Below are positions 1-10,137 of a stretch of 64,000 bases of DNA, one piece after another (the stretch's first letter is position 1; each line of letters opens with the position of its first letter). The stretch lies in IMG/VR virus record IMGVR_UViG_3300017977_000066, positions 90,897 to 154,896 of that record; one strand, written 5' to 3'. Both the position numbers and the translations under genes were made by a program. Below the pieces are notes generated by a model. It ran no database searches, was not told the origin of the DNA, and saw nothing but the letters and a program-made list of their open reading frames with translations. This stretch comes from a virus.

Positions 1-2
1 TA

Positions 3-755
3 TTTAAAACTATCAGAGGTGAAGATGCGGTAGCTATAGATATGAGACCATTTATGAAGTCTAAACTAGTAGACATGATAACTGTTAGAGAGAAGCTACA
101 AGATAAGTATAATGGTATGCTCATGCTCTATAGGCTTATATTAACTAAGTTATTATTAGATGGTGAAACATTCTTGTTAGGGTCTCTACATAACCCTACC
201 ATGGAAGCTTTTAGTTCTATAGTTAAAACTACAACTTCTATGTTACTATATGACGAAAGTATTAAAGAGCCTGTAGAGTTAGTATCTGATCTACATTTTA
301 TATCTATGGATATGACTGAAGATGTTAAGGATAAAACTAAGATCATAGAGTTATTACCTAGAGATAAAGTAGCTAAGATACTAAAAGGTGATTATAGCTA
401 TATCTATAATAAAATACTAGATGATACTATAACACTACCTAGTACTACTATAGGTAGTTTAACCACTAATATACGAGAAGCTATAAATAATAAGAGAGCT
501 AAGGGTTTAACAGCTGATATTCTTATGCAATCTTTATCTAGAGGGTTCTATAGTCTAGATAGTAGAGATCTTGCTATAGCTATGGTAGAAGATAAACCTA
601 CTTTAACTGCATTACTATATATGACTATAACTGAAAGCATTAATTCTAAAGGTGCATTTAATAAAGTTATACATGGTAATAGTAGATTTATTAAACCAAA
701 AGAGTTCGCTAAATCTTTTTTAAATATTGTAAATTCACAATTAGTAGATGGGTAG
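3..755 (+). CDS. Hypothetical protein, 5'-truncated by window edge (position of phiKZ gp49-like gene upstream of DNA polymerase)
   Basis: Frame of ORF 42..755 is open back to position 3; phage-typical codon usage. Confidence 0.7.
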   Translation, partial: FKTIRGEDAVAIDMRPFMKSKLVDMITVREKLQDKYNGMLMLYRLILTKLLLDGETFLLGSLHNPTMEAFSSIVKTTTSMLLYDESIKEPVELVSDLHFISMDMTEDVKDKTKIIELLPRDKVAKILKGDYSYIYNKILDDTITLPSTTIGSLTTNIREAINNKRAKGLTADILMQSLSRGFYSLDSRDLAIAMVEDKPTLTALLYMTITESINSKGAFNKVIHGNSRFIKPKEFAKSFLNIVNSQLVDG

Positions 756-794
756 CTTATGCTACTTGTCTATAGTTCCATTTCTTTTCAGTTA

Positions 795-802
795 CATATT
801 AC
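795..802 (+). promoter_or_regulatory. Early (vRNAP) promoter core, variant CATATTAC
   Basis: T-rich upstream tract, then CATATTACttacatGAGC; matches repeated motif and phiKZ early consensus TATATTAC. Confidence 0.7.
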
Positions 803-848
803 TTACATGAGCCTAGAGTTCTAATAAAAACAAAACAAGGAGTTGCAA

Positions 849-1223
849 ATGTTAGATTTTACATCACTGGTTGAAGAAGCTCTTTTTTCAAGAGCCTCTG
901 ATGTCAAGCAAGAGTTTTTTATTGATGTTGGTTATTCTAATCTTATAAAGGTTTCTTTTGCGACTGAAGGATATATCTTAACTTTAGTTAGAGATGATGA
1001 AAACTTATCAACACTGATTAGATGTGTTCATAATGAGATAGAGTTAAACTATCTCTTAAAAGAGTTATTTGGAGTAGAGTTAGCAGATGATATCGCTCGT
1101 ACACTTGGTCTTATAAGCCAAGGTTTAAACGGGATGTATTTAGCTACCAGAGTGGTTAGCCGAAGGGCATTAAATTCAACTCTTAAAGAAAACTATATAA
1201 AGGCTTGGGAAAGAGTAGCTTAG
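849..1223 (+). CDS. Hypothetical early protein
   Basis: AAGGAG SD before ATG 849; downstream of early promoter. Confidence 0.75.
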   Translation: MLDFTSLVEEALFSRASDVKQEFFIDVGYSNLIKVSFATEGYILTLVRDDENLSTLIRCVHNEIELNYLLKELFGVELADDIARTLGLISQGLNGMYLATRVVSRRALNSTLKENYIKAWERVA

Positions 1224-1288
1224 GCTATTATTTTTTTTATTTACTTTCCTATCTATCGTTCTTACCATGAGAATATTAGGAGGATGAT

Positions 1289-3469
1289 ATGGAATTAAAG
1301 GAAGATGCCACAGAGTATTTTAAGTTTAAACCAGAGGAGTATAAGAGAGATGTTAGCCCTTTAAAACACTATATGGATATCTCTAGTTTTGTATTAGAGA
1401 AGATGAACCATACTAGAGAACCTAAGGCTAGTATAAAAGAGTATATAAAAGAAAAACAGAGATTTAGTAACCCACTAGTATATTTCAAGCAGAGAGATAT
1501 GGATGGCAAGATAAGTAAACAAGCAGTTGGACTTAAGGATTATCTAGATGATGTTGTAAGAGATAAGAATATCATAGTGCCATCATTCACTGTCTACTTC
1601 CCACCATCTAAGAAACCCTCACTTCACTCTGAGTTCATGGATGTGAATACTAAAGAGAGATCTGTACATAAGAAGCTAGCCTTTAAGTATAAGATGGGTA
1701 AGATGTGGGATAAGTTTAATTACCACAATACCATACAGAAGACTAAGAAGATATTTAATAATAGTTTATCAGGAGCTTATGCTTCAGCAGGTACTATATT
1801 AAATAACCCTAGTAGTCACTATACTCTAACTAGTATAACAAGAGCTATCTCTGGTATAGGTAACGCAGTATCGGAATCTCTTATCATAGGCAATAGACAC
1901 TATAGGAACCCTGATGTCATGATAGCCCACCTAGCTACTATAGCTCAGAATGCAGATCTTACTAAGATAGAGTATGTTGTTAATAAATATCATTTAGCAA
2001 CACCAGATGCTCCTGAGGTTATGAACTACTTATTAAGAAGTAGTGCTAAGTACTGGAAAGATACTGAAAAAGAACTTGTTATTTTTAATTTCTTAAAATC
2101 ACTTAGTAAATATGAAAGAGCTGCTGTACTATACCATATAGATCTTAATGCGATTAGAGAGTTCAATGATACTTTCATGAGGAGAGTTATAGGTAAGTTC
2201 CTTAACTATGAAGATAAGCATCATGACGAAGCTACTTCTAATAAGATCATAGATGCTGCTTCAGAGATGACTCGTAGTATATCTATCTATAGTTTATCAG
2301 ATAGCCTTAAAGGTAAGGTTAAGGGTAAAGGTGATTATACTAAAGAAGATCTATCTAGTCTAGCTTCTCTTATAGAGCATACTGAACAACTTCTAAAATA
2401 CCTAGGAGAGATCGTAAATGCATTCTTCATAACAGATGTAGTACCTGCTAATATATCTAGGATAAAAGATATGGTTAGAGAGGTTATCGTATTATCAGAT
2501 ACAGATAGTACATGCGCTAGTTATGAAGACTGGCCTACTTGGTATTTTGGTAAGAGAACATTAGACTCTAAAGCTATCTCTATAAGTAGTCTTATACTAT
2601 TCATTAACTCTGAAGTTATGGATCACTTCATCAAACTCTTCGCTGTTAACCTTAATATCAGTTACGAGAAAGCCCAGATACTAGAGATGAAGTCAGAGTT
2701 CATGTTCAAACTTTTTGTTGCTACTAATGTAAGTAAACACTACTATGCAACTACTGATATACAAGAAGGTAATATCTTTGATCCTGAATCCCTACATGAT
2801 ATCTTAGAGAAGAAAGGTGTTAATCTTATCGTACCTAATGCATATGGTCCTATAAGGAAACTCATAGATGATGTTATGGTAGGTATCATGCATGATGTAG
2901 GTACCTTAGGTACCATAGAGCTTACTAAGTATCTTAAGATAGTATTAGGGGCTGAACAACTTATCATCAGTAAGATTAAAGATGCCTCTCCAGATATATT
3001 TAAGACAGAGAAGATCAAAGATGGGAGTGTTTATAAGAACGAACCAGCTAAGTCTCCTTTCTTACATTATCTATTTTGGAATGATATCTTCGGTAGTAAA
3101 TATGGTAAAGCTCCTGACCCTACTTATATGGCTATTAAGGTACCACTTAAGATCAACACTAAGAAAGATATGTCTGACTTCATAGAGAACTTAACCGACC
3201 CTGTATTAAGGGATAAGATAAAAGAGTTCTTAAAAAAATACAATAAAGACTATATAGGTGTTCTAAGGCTACCTCTTATAAAGGTATACGAGCATGGTAT
3301 ACCACCTATCTTCAAAGACTGGATAGATATAAAACGAGTTGTTAAAGATAACTGTAATGCACTTTATATAGTACTAGAGACCATAGGGTATTTTATTAAG
3401 CCTGATGAGATACTGAGTGACCGTGAGTTAAAATTAATAGAGCATAAGGAAATAATAGATGAAAGATAA
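1289..3469 (+). CDS. B-family DNA polymerase, polymerase-domain half (phiKZ gp50-like)
   Basis: Motif B KIFNNSLSG, motif C SDTDS, KKGV; lacks exonuclease and motif A, which are in 60409..62061. Confidence 0.9.
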   Translation: MELKEDATEYFKFKPEEYKRDVSPLKHYMDISSFVLEKMNHTREPKASIKEYIKEKQRFSNPLVYFKQRDMDGKISKQAVGLKDYLDDVVRDKNIIVPSFTVYFPPSKKPSLHSEFMDVNTKERSVHKKLAFKYKMGKMWDKFNYHNTIQKTKKIFNNSLSGAYASAGTILNNPSSHYTLTSITRAISGIGNAVSESLIIGNRHYRNPDVMIAHLATIAQNADLTKIEYVVNKYHLATPDAPEVMNYLLRSSAKYWKDTEKELVIFNFLKSLSKYERAAVLYHIDLNAIREFNDTFMRRVIGKFLNYEDKHHDEATSNKIIDAASEMTRSISIYSLSDSLKGKVKGKGDYTKEDLSSLASLIEHTEQLLKYLGEIVNAFFITDVVPANISRIKDMVREVIVLSDTDSTCASYEDWPTWYFGKRTLDSKAISISSLILFINSEVMDHFIKLFAVNLNISYEKAQILEMKSEFMFKLFVATNVSKHYYATTDIQEGNIFDPESLHDILEKKGVNLIVPNAYGPIRKLIDDVMVGIMHDVGTLGTIELTKYLKIVLGAEQLIISKIKDASPDIFKTEKIKDGSVYKNEPAKSPFLHYLFWNDIFGSKYGKAPDPTYMAIKVPLKINTKKDMSDFIENLTDPVLRDKIKEFLKKYNKDYIGVLRLPLIKVYEHGIPPIFKDWIDIKRVVKDNCNALYIVLETIGYFIKPDEILSDRELKLIEHKEIIDER

Positions 3470-4007
3470 ACGAGTTATAGCATTAGCAGCATATGCTAGA
3501 TGTGGTAAGAACTATGTAGCTTCTAAGTTAAAAGAAGTTTACGAACAACAAGGGTTAGTAGTAGAAGAAATAGCATTTGCGGATTCTTTAAAAACTATAA
3601 CAGCTGGTATAGTTGATGAGGATGTTACCATATTGGACACTATGAAAAATAATGATGAAAAGATTTGCATACATTATGAACAAGTGCTAGTTAGAGACAT
3701 GCTTACAAGAGTAGCAGCTGGTATTAAGAAGGTAGATGAAAGTTTCTTTGCTAGAGAGACTTTAACCAGGGTTAACAATTCTACTGCAGATATTATTATC
3801 ATAACTGACCTTAGATTCCTAATAGAAGAGGACATGCTTAAGACTAGTTATCCAGCATCTAAGATCATAAAGATAACTAGAGATAGTAAAGCTTGTAAAA
3901 AGAGATCTGGTGATGTAGAGGTAGATCTTTTAAAACACGATATGGTTTACATTAACGATAGTACTGTTAATATTGGTGAGCTTATAGCCAGTATAGAAAA
4001 TAATTAG
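3459..4007 (+). CDS. Deoxynucleoside monophosphate kinase (T4 gp1-like)
   Basis: P-loop AYARCGKN, AFADSLK, IITDLRF-x-x-E. Confidence 0.85.
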   Translation: MKDKRVIALAAYARCGKNYVASKLKEVYEQQGLVVEEIAFADSLKTITAGIVDEDVTILDTMKNNDEKICIHYEQVLVRDMLTRVAAGIKKVDESFFARETLTRVNNSTADIIIITDLRFLIEEDMLKTSYPASKIIKITRDSKACKKRSGDVEVDLLKHDMVYINDSTVNIGELIASIENN

Positions 4008-4027
4008 ATTCACATATTTTATAATTT

Positions 4028-4035
4028 TATATCAC
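4028..4035 (+). promoter_or_regulatory. Early promoter core, variant TATATCAC
   Basis: Same context as other copies (TATATCACtaatacGAGA plus hairpin). Confidence 0.6.
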
Positions 4036-4089
4036 TAATACGAGACTAAGGTTAAATACTTAGCTCTAATATAAACAAAGGGATTACCT

Positions 4090-4572
4090 ATGAGACAATT
4101 TGATGCTAAATTAGAAATAAACGGAAGTAGTTTTAAAGTGAGAACTTTAGATACAGTTTTACTAGCAAAGGCTACATGTGGAAACAAAGAAGAGCTGGAG
4201 GAGAAGATAAGTGAAGAGACTATCGAACATTGTACTGATGAACAGATAGTTATTAGGATAGCTTTTAACATAATACCATATATCCAGCTAGATGTATCTG
4301 AAGAAACTACTCTTAGAGTATTTAACCTCATGATCGATGTCATTAATATCCTTATGAAAGGCGATGGTGCTACTTTAGCTGAGACTAAAGAGTGTAATAA
4401 TGTACTAGACCTTATAGAATGCTTCGTATTGAGATTACAACACATAGAAGATTCTGATATCTATGATGATAAAGCTGAAGAAAGATACCTACCTAACTAC
4501 TTAGAAGCAGCTAGAGCTTTTGATGAGAAGAGAGATCTTGAAAGCTACTATGAGGTAACTAAACATTTCTAA
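4090..4572 (+). CDS. Hypothetical early protein
   Basis: 160-aa ORF with AAAGGGA SD. Confidence 0.75.
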   Translation: MRQFDAKLEINGSSFKVRTLDTVLLAKATCGNKEELEEKISEETIEHCTDEQIVIRIAFNIIPYIQLDVSEETTLRVFNLMIDVINILMKGDGATLAETKECNNVLDLIECFVLRLQHIEDSDIYDDKAEERYLPNYLEAARAFDEKRDLESYYEVTKHF

Positions 4573-4574
4573 CA

Positions 4575-4602
4575 TACATAGTAACCCATGGGTTACTATG
4601 TA
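4575..4602. terminator. Perfect 28-bp palindrome between convergent genes (likely bidirectional terminator)
   Basis: tacatagtaacccatgggttactatgta followed by a T-run. Confidence 0.75.
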
Positions 4603-4610
4603 CATCTTTT

Positions 4611-4988
4611 TTAGTATTCTATATGGTAACCATCTTCACTATCATCATATATTATCTTACATATCTTATTACCAGTGTTGTCTATAAGATAGTTCTCTTT
4701 GATAACAGTATCGTTAAGCTTAGCTATATACCAATCACTATCGTAAACTTTACCCATGTTCTCACTATGTATCTTACACCTAACATATAGCTTAGTATTC
4801 TCATCATACATACCAGGACCATCTATCCTATATAGGGAACTGAACCATACTTCTACATTATCTCTATATTCAGATACTTCATCTACCATGATAGTAAACT
4901 CTTCATCTAGTGCTACTTGCCAACTAACAGCTACTACACCACTAACATCATTAGCCTTCACATAATCCTTCACATAGAACTTAGCCAT
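4611..4988 (-). CDS. Putative virion protein with FN3/Ig-like motif
   Basis: VSWQVALDEEF...LYVRCK resembles motifs in 43757..44674 and 62159..62905; SD TAAGGAG. Confidence 0.65.
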   Translation of the reverse strand: MAKFYVKDYVKANDVSGVVAVSWQVALDEEFTIMVDEVSEYRDNVEVWFSSLYRIDGPGMYDENTKLYVRCKIHSENMGKVYDSDWYIAKLNDTVIKENYLIDNTGNKICKIIYDDSEDGYHIEY

Positions 4989-5055
4989 ATGATACTCCTT
5001 ATTTTAAGTTCAAGTTAAAACTACTCATATATGTTTCCATTTCTTTTTTCAGTTA

Positions 5056-5063
5056 TATATTAC
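5056..5063 (+). promoter_or_regulatory. Early promoter core TATATTAC
   Basis: ttttttcagttaTATATTACttatgtGAAC. Confidence 0.7.
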
Positions 5064-5096
5064 TTATGTGAACTTAGAAATTTAAAGGAGTATAAA

Positions 5097-5220
5097 ATGC
5101 TAAAAAATACTATAGGAAGAACTCCATAACCCAAGTGAGGAGTTAGTATGTGAGGCTACTAAGCCGTACTTATCAGATCCAACTTGGCAAAATCTTAAGA
5201 AGGTAGCGGTTGTTTTCTAA
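5097..5220 (+). pseudogene. Decayed early gene or minigene
   Basis: Strong SD AAAGGAG and ATG give only MLKNTIGRTP*; a protein-like frame EELHNPSEELVCEATKPYLSDPTWQNLKKVAVVF follows out of frame. Confidence 0.4.
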
Positions 5221-5300
5221 CACTGCCCTTAAGGGGTTTTTTATTTAATAAAAACACTCTACTATTTTTTTCTTTGAAATATATATAAAAAGGATACCGC

Positions 5301-6767
5301 ATGCTAAAAGCAGGAACAGAGAGCATTATGTTACAGAAAGATACTAGGTTCTTAAAGAGCCTAGAAAGAGATATAGAAGAGACCAATGATATCATTAACA
5401 TAAGCTTACCAGACATAGTAGCTAGTAATGAAAATGATAGTAAGTCTTTTAAAGAGTATGATGCCTATAAGAGAAGCCTTAAAGCCAAGTTATTCGATAA
5501 GGTAACTAAGAGTATGTCTAAGACTCTAGGTAGTAGATTCGGCATCACATTTGAGCTAAAGAATACTTATAGTACTGGAGACTTAGTTAAGATAAACATA
5601 CCACCTCTTAATAGCAAAGTCTTAAGTTCAGCTATGAGTGATCTAGATAGTTTATTCCCTAAGAAGCAAACTAGTTCCATACTATGGAATGTAGTAGCTA
5701 ATAAAAATGAACAGATGCTATATAGTAACCTAAAAGATATTAAAGAAGCTATACAAACAAACAAGTTCCAGTTAGACCTTAAGCATGCTAAGATAAAAGG
5801 ATTAGACCATACTACTATAAGTATTAAAGTAAACTTCTTAAGAGCTGCTATGTTAAGACTTAATCCAGGCGAAGTAGCTTCTCTTATACTACAGAAGATA
5901 GGTGTTCTATTTACTCATCTAGAGTACATGTATACTACTACTAACAATAACTTTGTATTACTAGATACATTCTTAACAGAGAGATTTACTAAACAGACTC
6001 CAGCTTTAGATGCCATTAAGATAGCTATAGATAAAACAGATGCTGATGTTAAGGTAGATACCAGTTCTCCAGTAGCATTCTTAAATACCCTAGATATCTA
6101 TATGCTAAGGACTTATAGATTCGATGCTAGTAAGAAAAGTATTAAGATAGACTATGAAACTTTAAGTGATCAATTTGTATCACTATTTGGATATGGCTCT
6201 GATCTAGCTAATGCTATTATAAAAGCTAAGACATCTGCAACAGTTGCTCCTGATGGTAATACTAACTTGGGTATAACTACATTAGTATTCTTACTTAAGA
6301 CATATATTTATCTAAGCATGTTCATCATGAGTCTTTTATTTTTCTCTGTATTTGGTTTAGTAGCTATCTTAATAGCAGCAGGGTTAGTAGCTTTCAAGAT
6401 GGTTATCTCTTTTATCTTAGACATCATAGCCTCCATACTAAACGCTTTCTTCTCTACTGATGTAGAAACTGATGTTACTAGTAATGAGATGGTAACTAGA
6501 CTTAACAGAATAAAGCTAGATGTTATAAAGCAACTAAGAACAGAAGCTGATGGGAGTAAGGCAGACCAAGCTATATTAGTATCACAGATAGATGAGATCA
6601 AGCATAGTATAGATTTCGTTAAAGAGAAGACTGGGTTGCTATATGAGTATGGCGAAAAGACAGCTAACTATAAGAATGAAGATACTATGCAACTACAAAA
6701 TGAATTCATTGAACAGCTCTCTGAGAACGAGCTACACTTCTTTAAAGCTAAATTTAAAAACACATAA
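5301..6767 (+). CDS. Virion (inner-head) protein with long hydrophobic segment (phiKZ gp84/86-like position)
   Basis: N-terminal AGTE protease-like site; SDQFVSLFGYG motif; ~60-aa hydrophobic stretch; gene order. Confidence 0.65.
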   Translation: MLKAGTESIMLQKDTRFLKSLERDIEETNDIINISLPDIVASNENDSKSFKEYDAYKRSLKAKLFDKVTKSMSKTLGSRFGITFELKNTYSTGDLVKINIPPLNSKVLSSAMSDLDSLFPKKQTSSILWNVVANKNEQMLYSNLKDIKEAIQTNKFQLDLKHAKIKGLDHTTISIKVNFLRAAMLRLNPGEVASLILQKIGVLFTHLEYMYTTTNNNFVLLDTFLTERFTKQTPALDAIKIAIDKTDADVKVDTSSPVAFLNTLDIYMLRTYRFDASKKSIKIDYETLSDQFVSLFGYGSDLANAIIKAKTSATVAPDGNTNLGITTLVFLLKTYIYLSMFIMSLLFFSVFGLVAILIAAGLVAFKMVISFILDIIASILNAFFSTDVETDVTSNEMVTRLNRIKLDVIKQLRTEADGSKADQAILVSQIDEIKHSIDFVKEKTGLLYEYGEKTANYKNEDTMQLQNEFIEQLSENELHFFKAKFKNT

Positions 6768-6778
6768 AGGAAAAGTAA

Positions 6779-7234
6779 ATGATAAAGTATAAAAACATGG
6801 AGCTAGATATTAACTCCATTAGCGAGGACTTCACTAATATGTTCCTAGGTGCATCTAAGATGCTTAAATCCAACCACCCTAACTTAGACGTTATGCCTGT
6901 AAGTAAAAGTAAGAGTGTGTTAACAGGAGTTGTATTAGCTATCGTAGATAGTATAACTATAGATGCTACTGACATAGTTGATATGGAGGTGTCTACAGCT
7001 AGAAGATTAACTAACATGTTAAGTAACTCTATAACATTAGCTATATTAGAAAGAAATGTTATAGATACTAAGTTTGTTAATACATTAACAAAAGATACTC
7101 TTATGCTTAAGCTAGATATGCTATTAGGTAACACTAGAACTGTAGATATTACTATGGGATATAAAACAAAACCCCAAGATGAAGATATCGTTAGAAATAT
7201 TGTTCTAAAAGAGTACAATGAGTTCTCGGATTAA
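6779..7234 (+). CDS. Hypothetical protein
   Basis: 151-aa ORF with AAAGGA SD, co-oriented with upstream gene. Confidence 0.7.
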   Translation: MIKYKNMELDINSISEDFTNMFLGASKMLKSNHPNLDVMPVSKSKSVLTGVVLAIVDSITIDATDIVDMEVSTARRLTNMLSNSITLAILERNVIDTKFVNTLTKDTLMLKLDMLLGNTRTVDITMGYKTKPQDEDIVRNIVLKEYNEFSD

Positions 7235-7241
7235 AATAAGT

Positions 7242-7275
7242 ACATGTATACCTAGCTATAGCTAGGTATACATGT
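7242..7275. terminator. Perfect 34-bp palindrome between convergent genes
   Basis: acatgtatacctagctatagctaggtatacatgt. Confidence 0.75.
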
Positions 7276-7276
7276 T

Positions 7277-10123
7277 TTATATTTTCATTACTACGATATC
7301 AACATCGGAGGCTACTACAAGAGTACCATCAGCTTGCTTAATAAGTTTCTTATTGATGATGAACTTAGAACTATCTTTAACATAGTTAAGAACAGTTATA
7401 ACATTATCTGGAGATATGTCAGTAAGCTTAACTGATAACACATCAGTACCTATGACAGTTTGTATCTCGTTCTCTATACTAGCTATAGTAGTTGGCTTTA
7501 ATAACTCTTTCTGTAGTGTAAGGGTTATAAGTTTCTTTATAGCAGTAGTTATGACAAAAGTAACTTCTTTATGTATATATAATATAACCTTAGGTTTTAT
7601 GAAGTTATCGAAGGCTACATTAACATAGTTAATATTAAGAGTAACTTTATCTAAGTTGTTATAAGGCATGTACTTAATAGTAGTGTTGTCTAAAAGATAA
7701 TCATTAGCGACATCTAACTCATCAGTTATGACATTAGTAAGTTCTTTAAAATAACCTATCCTATACTCTTTATAGACCCTATCTGTAACTCTTAAGAAGT
7801 AATCCTCTATAAGTAACATATTAGGAACATGGATGATGCCATAAGTGTTGTCTATGATAGGAGTTTGATTCTCATCTAACATGACCTCACCTTCTTTATG
7901 TAACATTATAACATCGCCCTGATCATCTAAGACAGGATCTCCTTTAGTATGTTTAACTACCAACTCTACGTCATCATTAGTACCATCATTATTAGTATCT
8001 ATATAGTTAAGCTTAACAGTACCATCATCATCTAACTCATATACTGTCTCTGTATAGGTTAGTATAACATCAGCATCATAAGTCTTGAACTTCCTAGAGG
8101 TATAGTCTAGTCTATAGTTAGAGAATAAATGTTTTAAAGCTATACCGAATGTTAATGTAGCTGACTCTTGATAGAATACTGTCTTAGGAGTCTCTAAAAC
8201 TACTAGTGTGTTATCTACATTAGTACTGAGCCCATCTTCTGTACTATAGAACACTGCAGTTAATGAAGAATCTAAAGCTAAGGATACTCTTAATAAATCA
8301 CCACGCATAGTAGTGAATGTTACCTTATCATCAGCATCTATATAGCCATCTGTATATAGATCATACTTAACAAAGATCCTACCATTAAGTATGCTAGTAT
8401 TTCCTTTTATAACGAACTTACTACCATTAAGAGTAGTATACACTAGTTCGGAAGAGAACTTGCTTAGGTCTAGGTTAAATAGCCAATCGTCAGGCTGTAG
8501 TTCATATGTTAGTACATACTTGTCTAGCTCATATGTTAGACTTCTATCTAATATGGTTAAGAAGGTATCTAGTAGATCATTAATATATAATGTATCAGCG
8601 TTTGTTATACTTAACTGGTTAACATCATAAGCTCTTATAAACAATCCATTTTTATTATCTAGAACATATTTATAGATATTAAAGAAATACTTATTTTTAT
8701 TATACTCTACGATATCGGTACTGGCTACATCTTTTATAGTAGCTGCTTCACTAGTAGTCATAGCTACTGTAGAACCATTTATATATTTAAAGAACTGATA
8801 AGGCTCTATAATAACATGTGTATCATTACTCTTGATCTTCTCACTGTTGATAGTAGGTAGGTATAACTTAACATCATCATAGAACTCATCCATAGATGTA
8901 AATAGATCGTAGTCTAGACTACCTAGAGTCTTATTAACCATAAGCTCTCTTTCAAATATAGTATTAAATGTACCAGTATAGTTAAACCCGTATTTCTTTA
9001 TCTTCTCTTTTATCTCATATGTAGTTATAGGGAGCTTGTTATCTCCAGTACTACTATCTATGACCCTATCTTTAAGCTCTTGAAATGTTATCTCATCTCG
9101 TCCACCATATGTATATGTACTAGCTGTTATAAGGTAGTTGATGTTCTTTATACCAGTTATCCTAGGATCTTCTGTATCAGGAAGTGTTATAGTAAACGTG
9201 AACTCAGAGCTACTACTCTTAACCAGAGGTTCTACTATGTTACCTAGTGAAGTATAAATATCAGATTCTACATAACTAGAGATCATGTTGTTGAACATAT
9301 ATATAGATGGTACTTCTATAAGAACTCTGTTATCTAGAGGTTTGATTAGCATAGTAGGAGTACTAGGATTATAAACGAAGTTACTATATGTCTTATCAAG
9401 CTCTATGATAGAACCATCAGGAGTACTTATAGTTTTAGATGTTAGATATACATATCTCTCAGCATCATTAAGCACTATCTCAGAAACAAAAGGAGAGCCT
9501 TTTATGATAGTTTCGTTATGGGTATACTTCTTGATCTGCTGTAGTTCCATATCTAAGAATACCCACTCTTGCCCATCATCGTCAGTTACTAGATTACTGT
9601 TAATAACTTCACCACTATTATAGCTTATGTCTAATGTGTTAAACATGAACTTAGCAAATGTCTTACCATTAGCATAGCTTCTCACTAAGATATCATTCAG
9701 TAATGTAAATGTTATATCGTTAATAAGTATAAAGCTATACTTAGGTAATATGATATCAGTAAAGTTATTTCCATTATGACCAAATGTTAGCATATCTTTT
9801 TTATTTATCATGAAGTTAAATTTAGCTTTACTAGGTATAGCAAAAACATCATTAAGCTCATCATTAGTTAGATGGTGATAAAGTTCTTCTTTACTAGTAG
9901 CCAGATAGGGATACATGTTCCTCATACTTGCACTTACTTCATTAGTTATGGCAGAGCTTAAAGCAGCCATGTTCTCTTGTAAAAATGTAAATGGGTTACT
10001 AGGGTCAGGTAACTCTACAACTCCATTTAAACCTTTATCTATACGATCCATACTATCTACCATGATGAGATTGGGATCATAGATGTATTTAGTTAATTCT
10101 TTCTTTTCAGTTTCACTTAGCAT
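7277..10123 (-). CDS. Virion baseplate wedge-like protein (phiKZ gp87-like)
   Basis: 948 aa; DPSNPFTFL, YPYLATSKEELYHHL, GGRDEITF, HTKGDPVLD motifs; gene order. Confidence 0.75.
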   Translation of the reverse strand: MLSETEKKELTKYIYDPNLIMVDSMDRIDKGLNGVVELPDPSNPFTFLQENMAALSSAITNEVSASMRNMYPYLATSKEELYHHLTNDELNDVFAIPSKAKFNFMINKKDMLTFGHNGNNFTDIILPKYSFILINDITFTLLNDILVRSYANGKTFAKFMFNTLDISYNSGEVINSNLVTDDDGQEWVFLDMELQQIKKYTHNETIIKGSPFVSEIVLNDAERYVYLTSKTISTPDGSIIELDKTYSNFVYNPSTPTMLIKPLDNRVLIEVPSIYMFNNMISSYVESDIYTSLGNIVEPLVKSSSSEFTFTITLPDTEDPRITGIKNINYLITASTYTYGGRDEITFQELKDRVIDSSTGDNKLPITTYEIKEKIKKYGFNYTGTFNTIFERELMVNKTLGSLDYDLFTSMDEFYDDVKLYLPTINSEKIKSNDTHVIIEPYQFFKYINGSTVAMTTSEAATIKDVASTDIVEYNKNKYFFNIYKYVLDNKNGLFIRAYDVNQLSITNADTLYINDLLDTFLTILDRSLTYELDKYVLTYELQPDDWLFNLDLSKFSSELVYTTLNGSKFVIKGNTSILNGRIFVKYDLYTDGYIDADDKVTFTTMRGDLLRVSLALDSSLTAVFYSTEDGLSTNVDNTLVVLETPKTVFYQESATLTFGIALKHLFSNYRLDYTSRKFKTYDADVILTYTETVYELDDDGTVKLNYIDTNNDGTNDDVELVVKHTKGDPVLDDQGDVIMLHKEGEVMLDENQTPIIDNTYGIIHVPNMLLIEDYFLRVTDRVYKEYRIGYFKELTNVITDELDVANDYLLDNTTIKYMPYNNLDKVTLNINYVNVAFDNFIKPKVILYIHKEVTFVITTAIKKLITLTLQKELLKPTTIASIENEIQTVIGTDVLSVKLTDISPDNVITVLNYVKDSSKFIINKKLIKQADGTLVVASDVDIVVMKI

Positions 10124-10137
10124 AACTTATCCTTATT

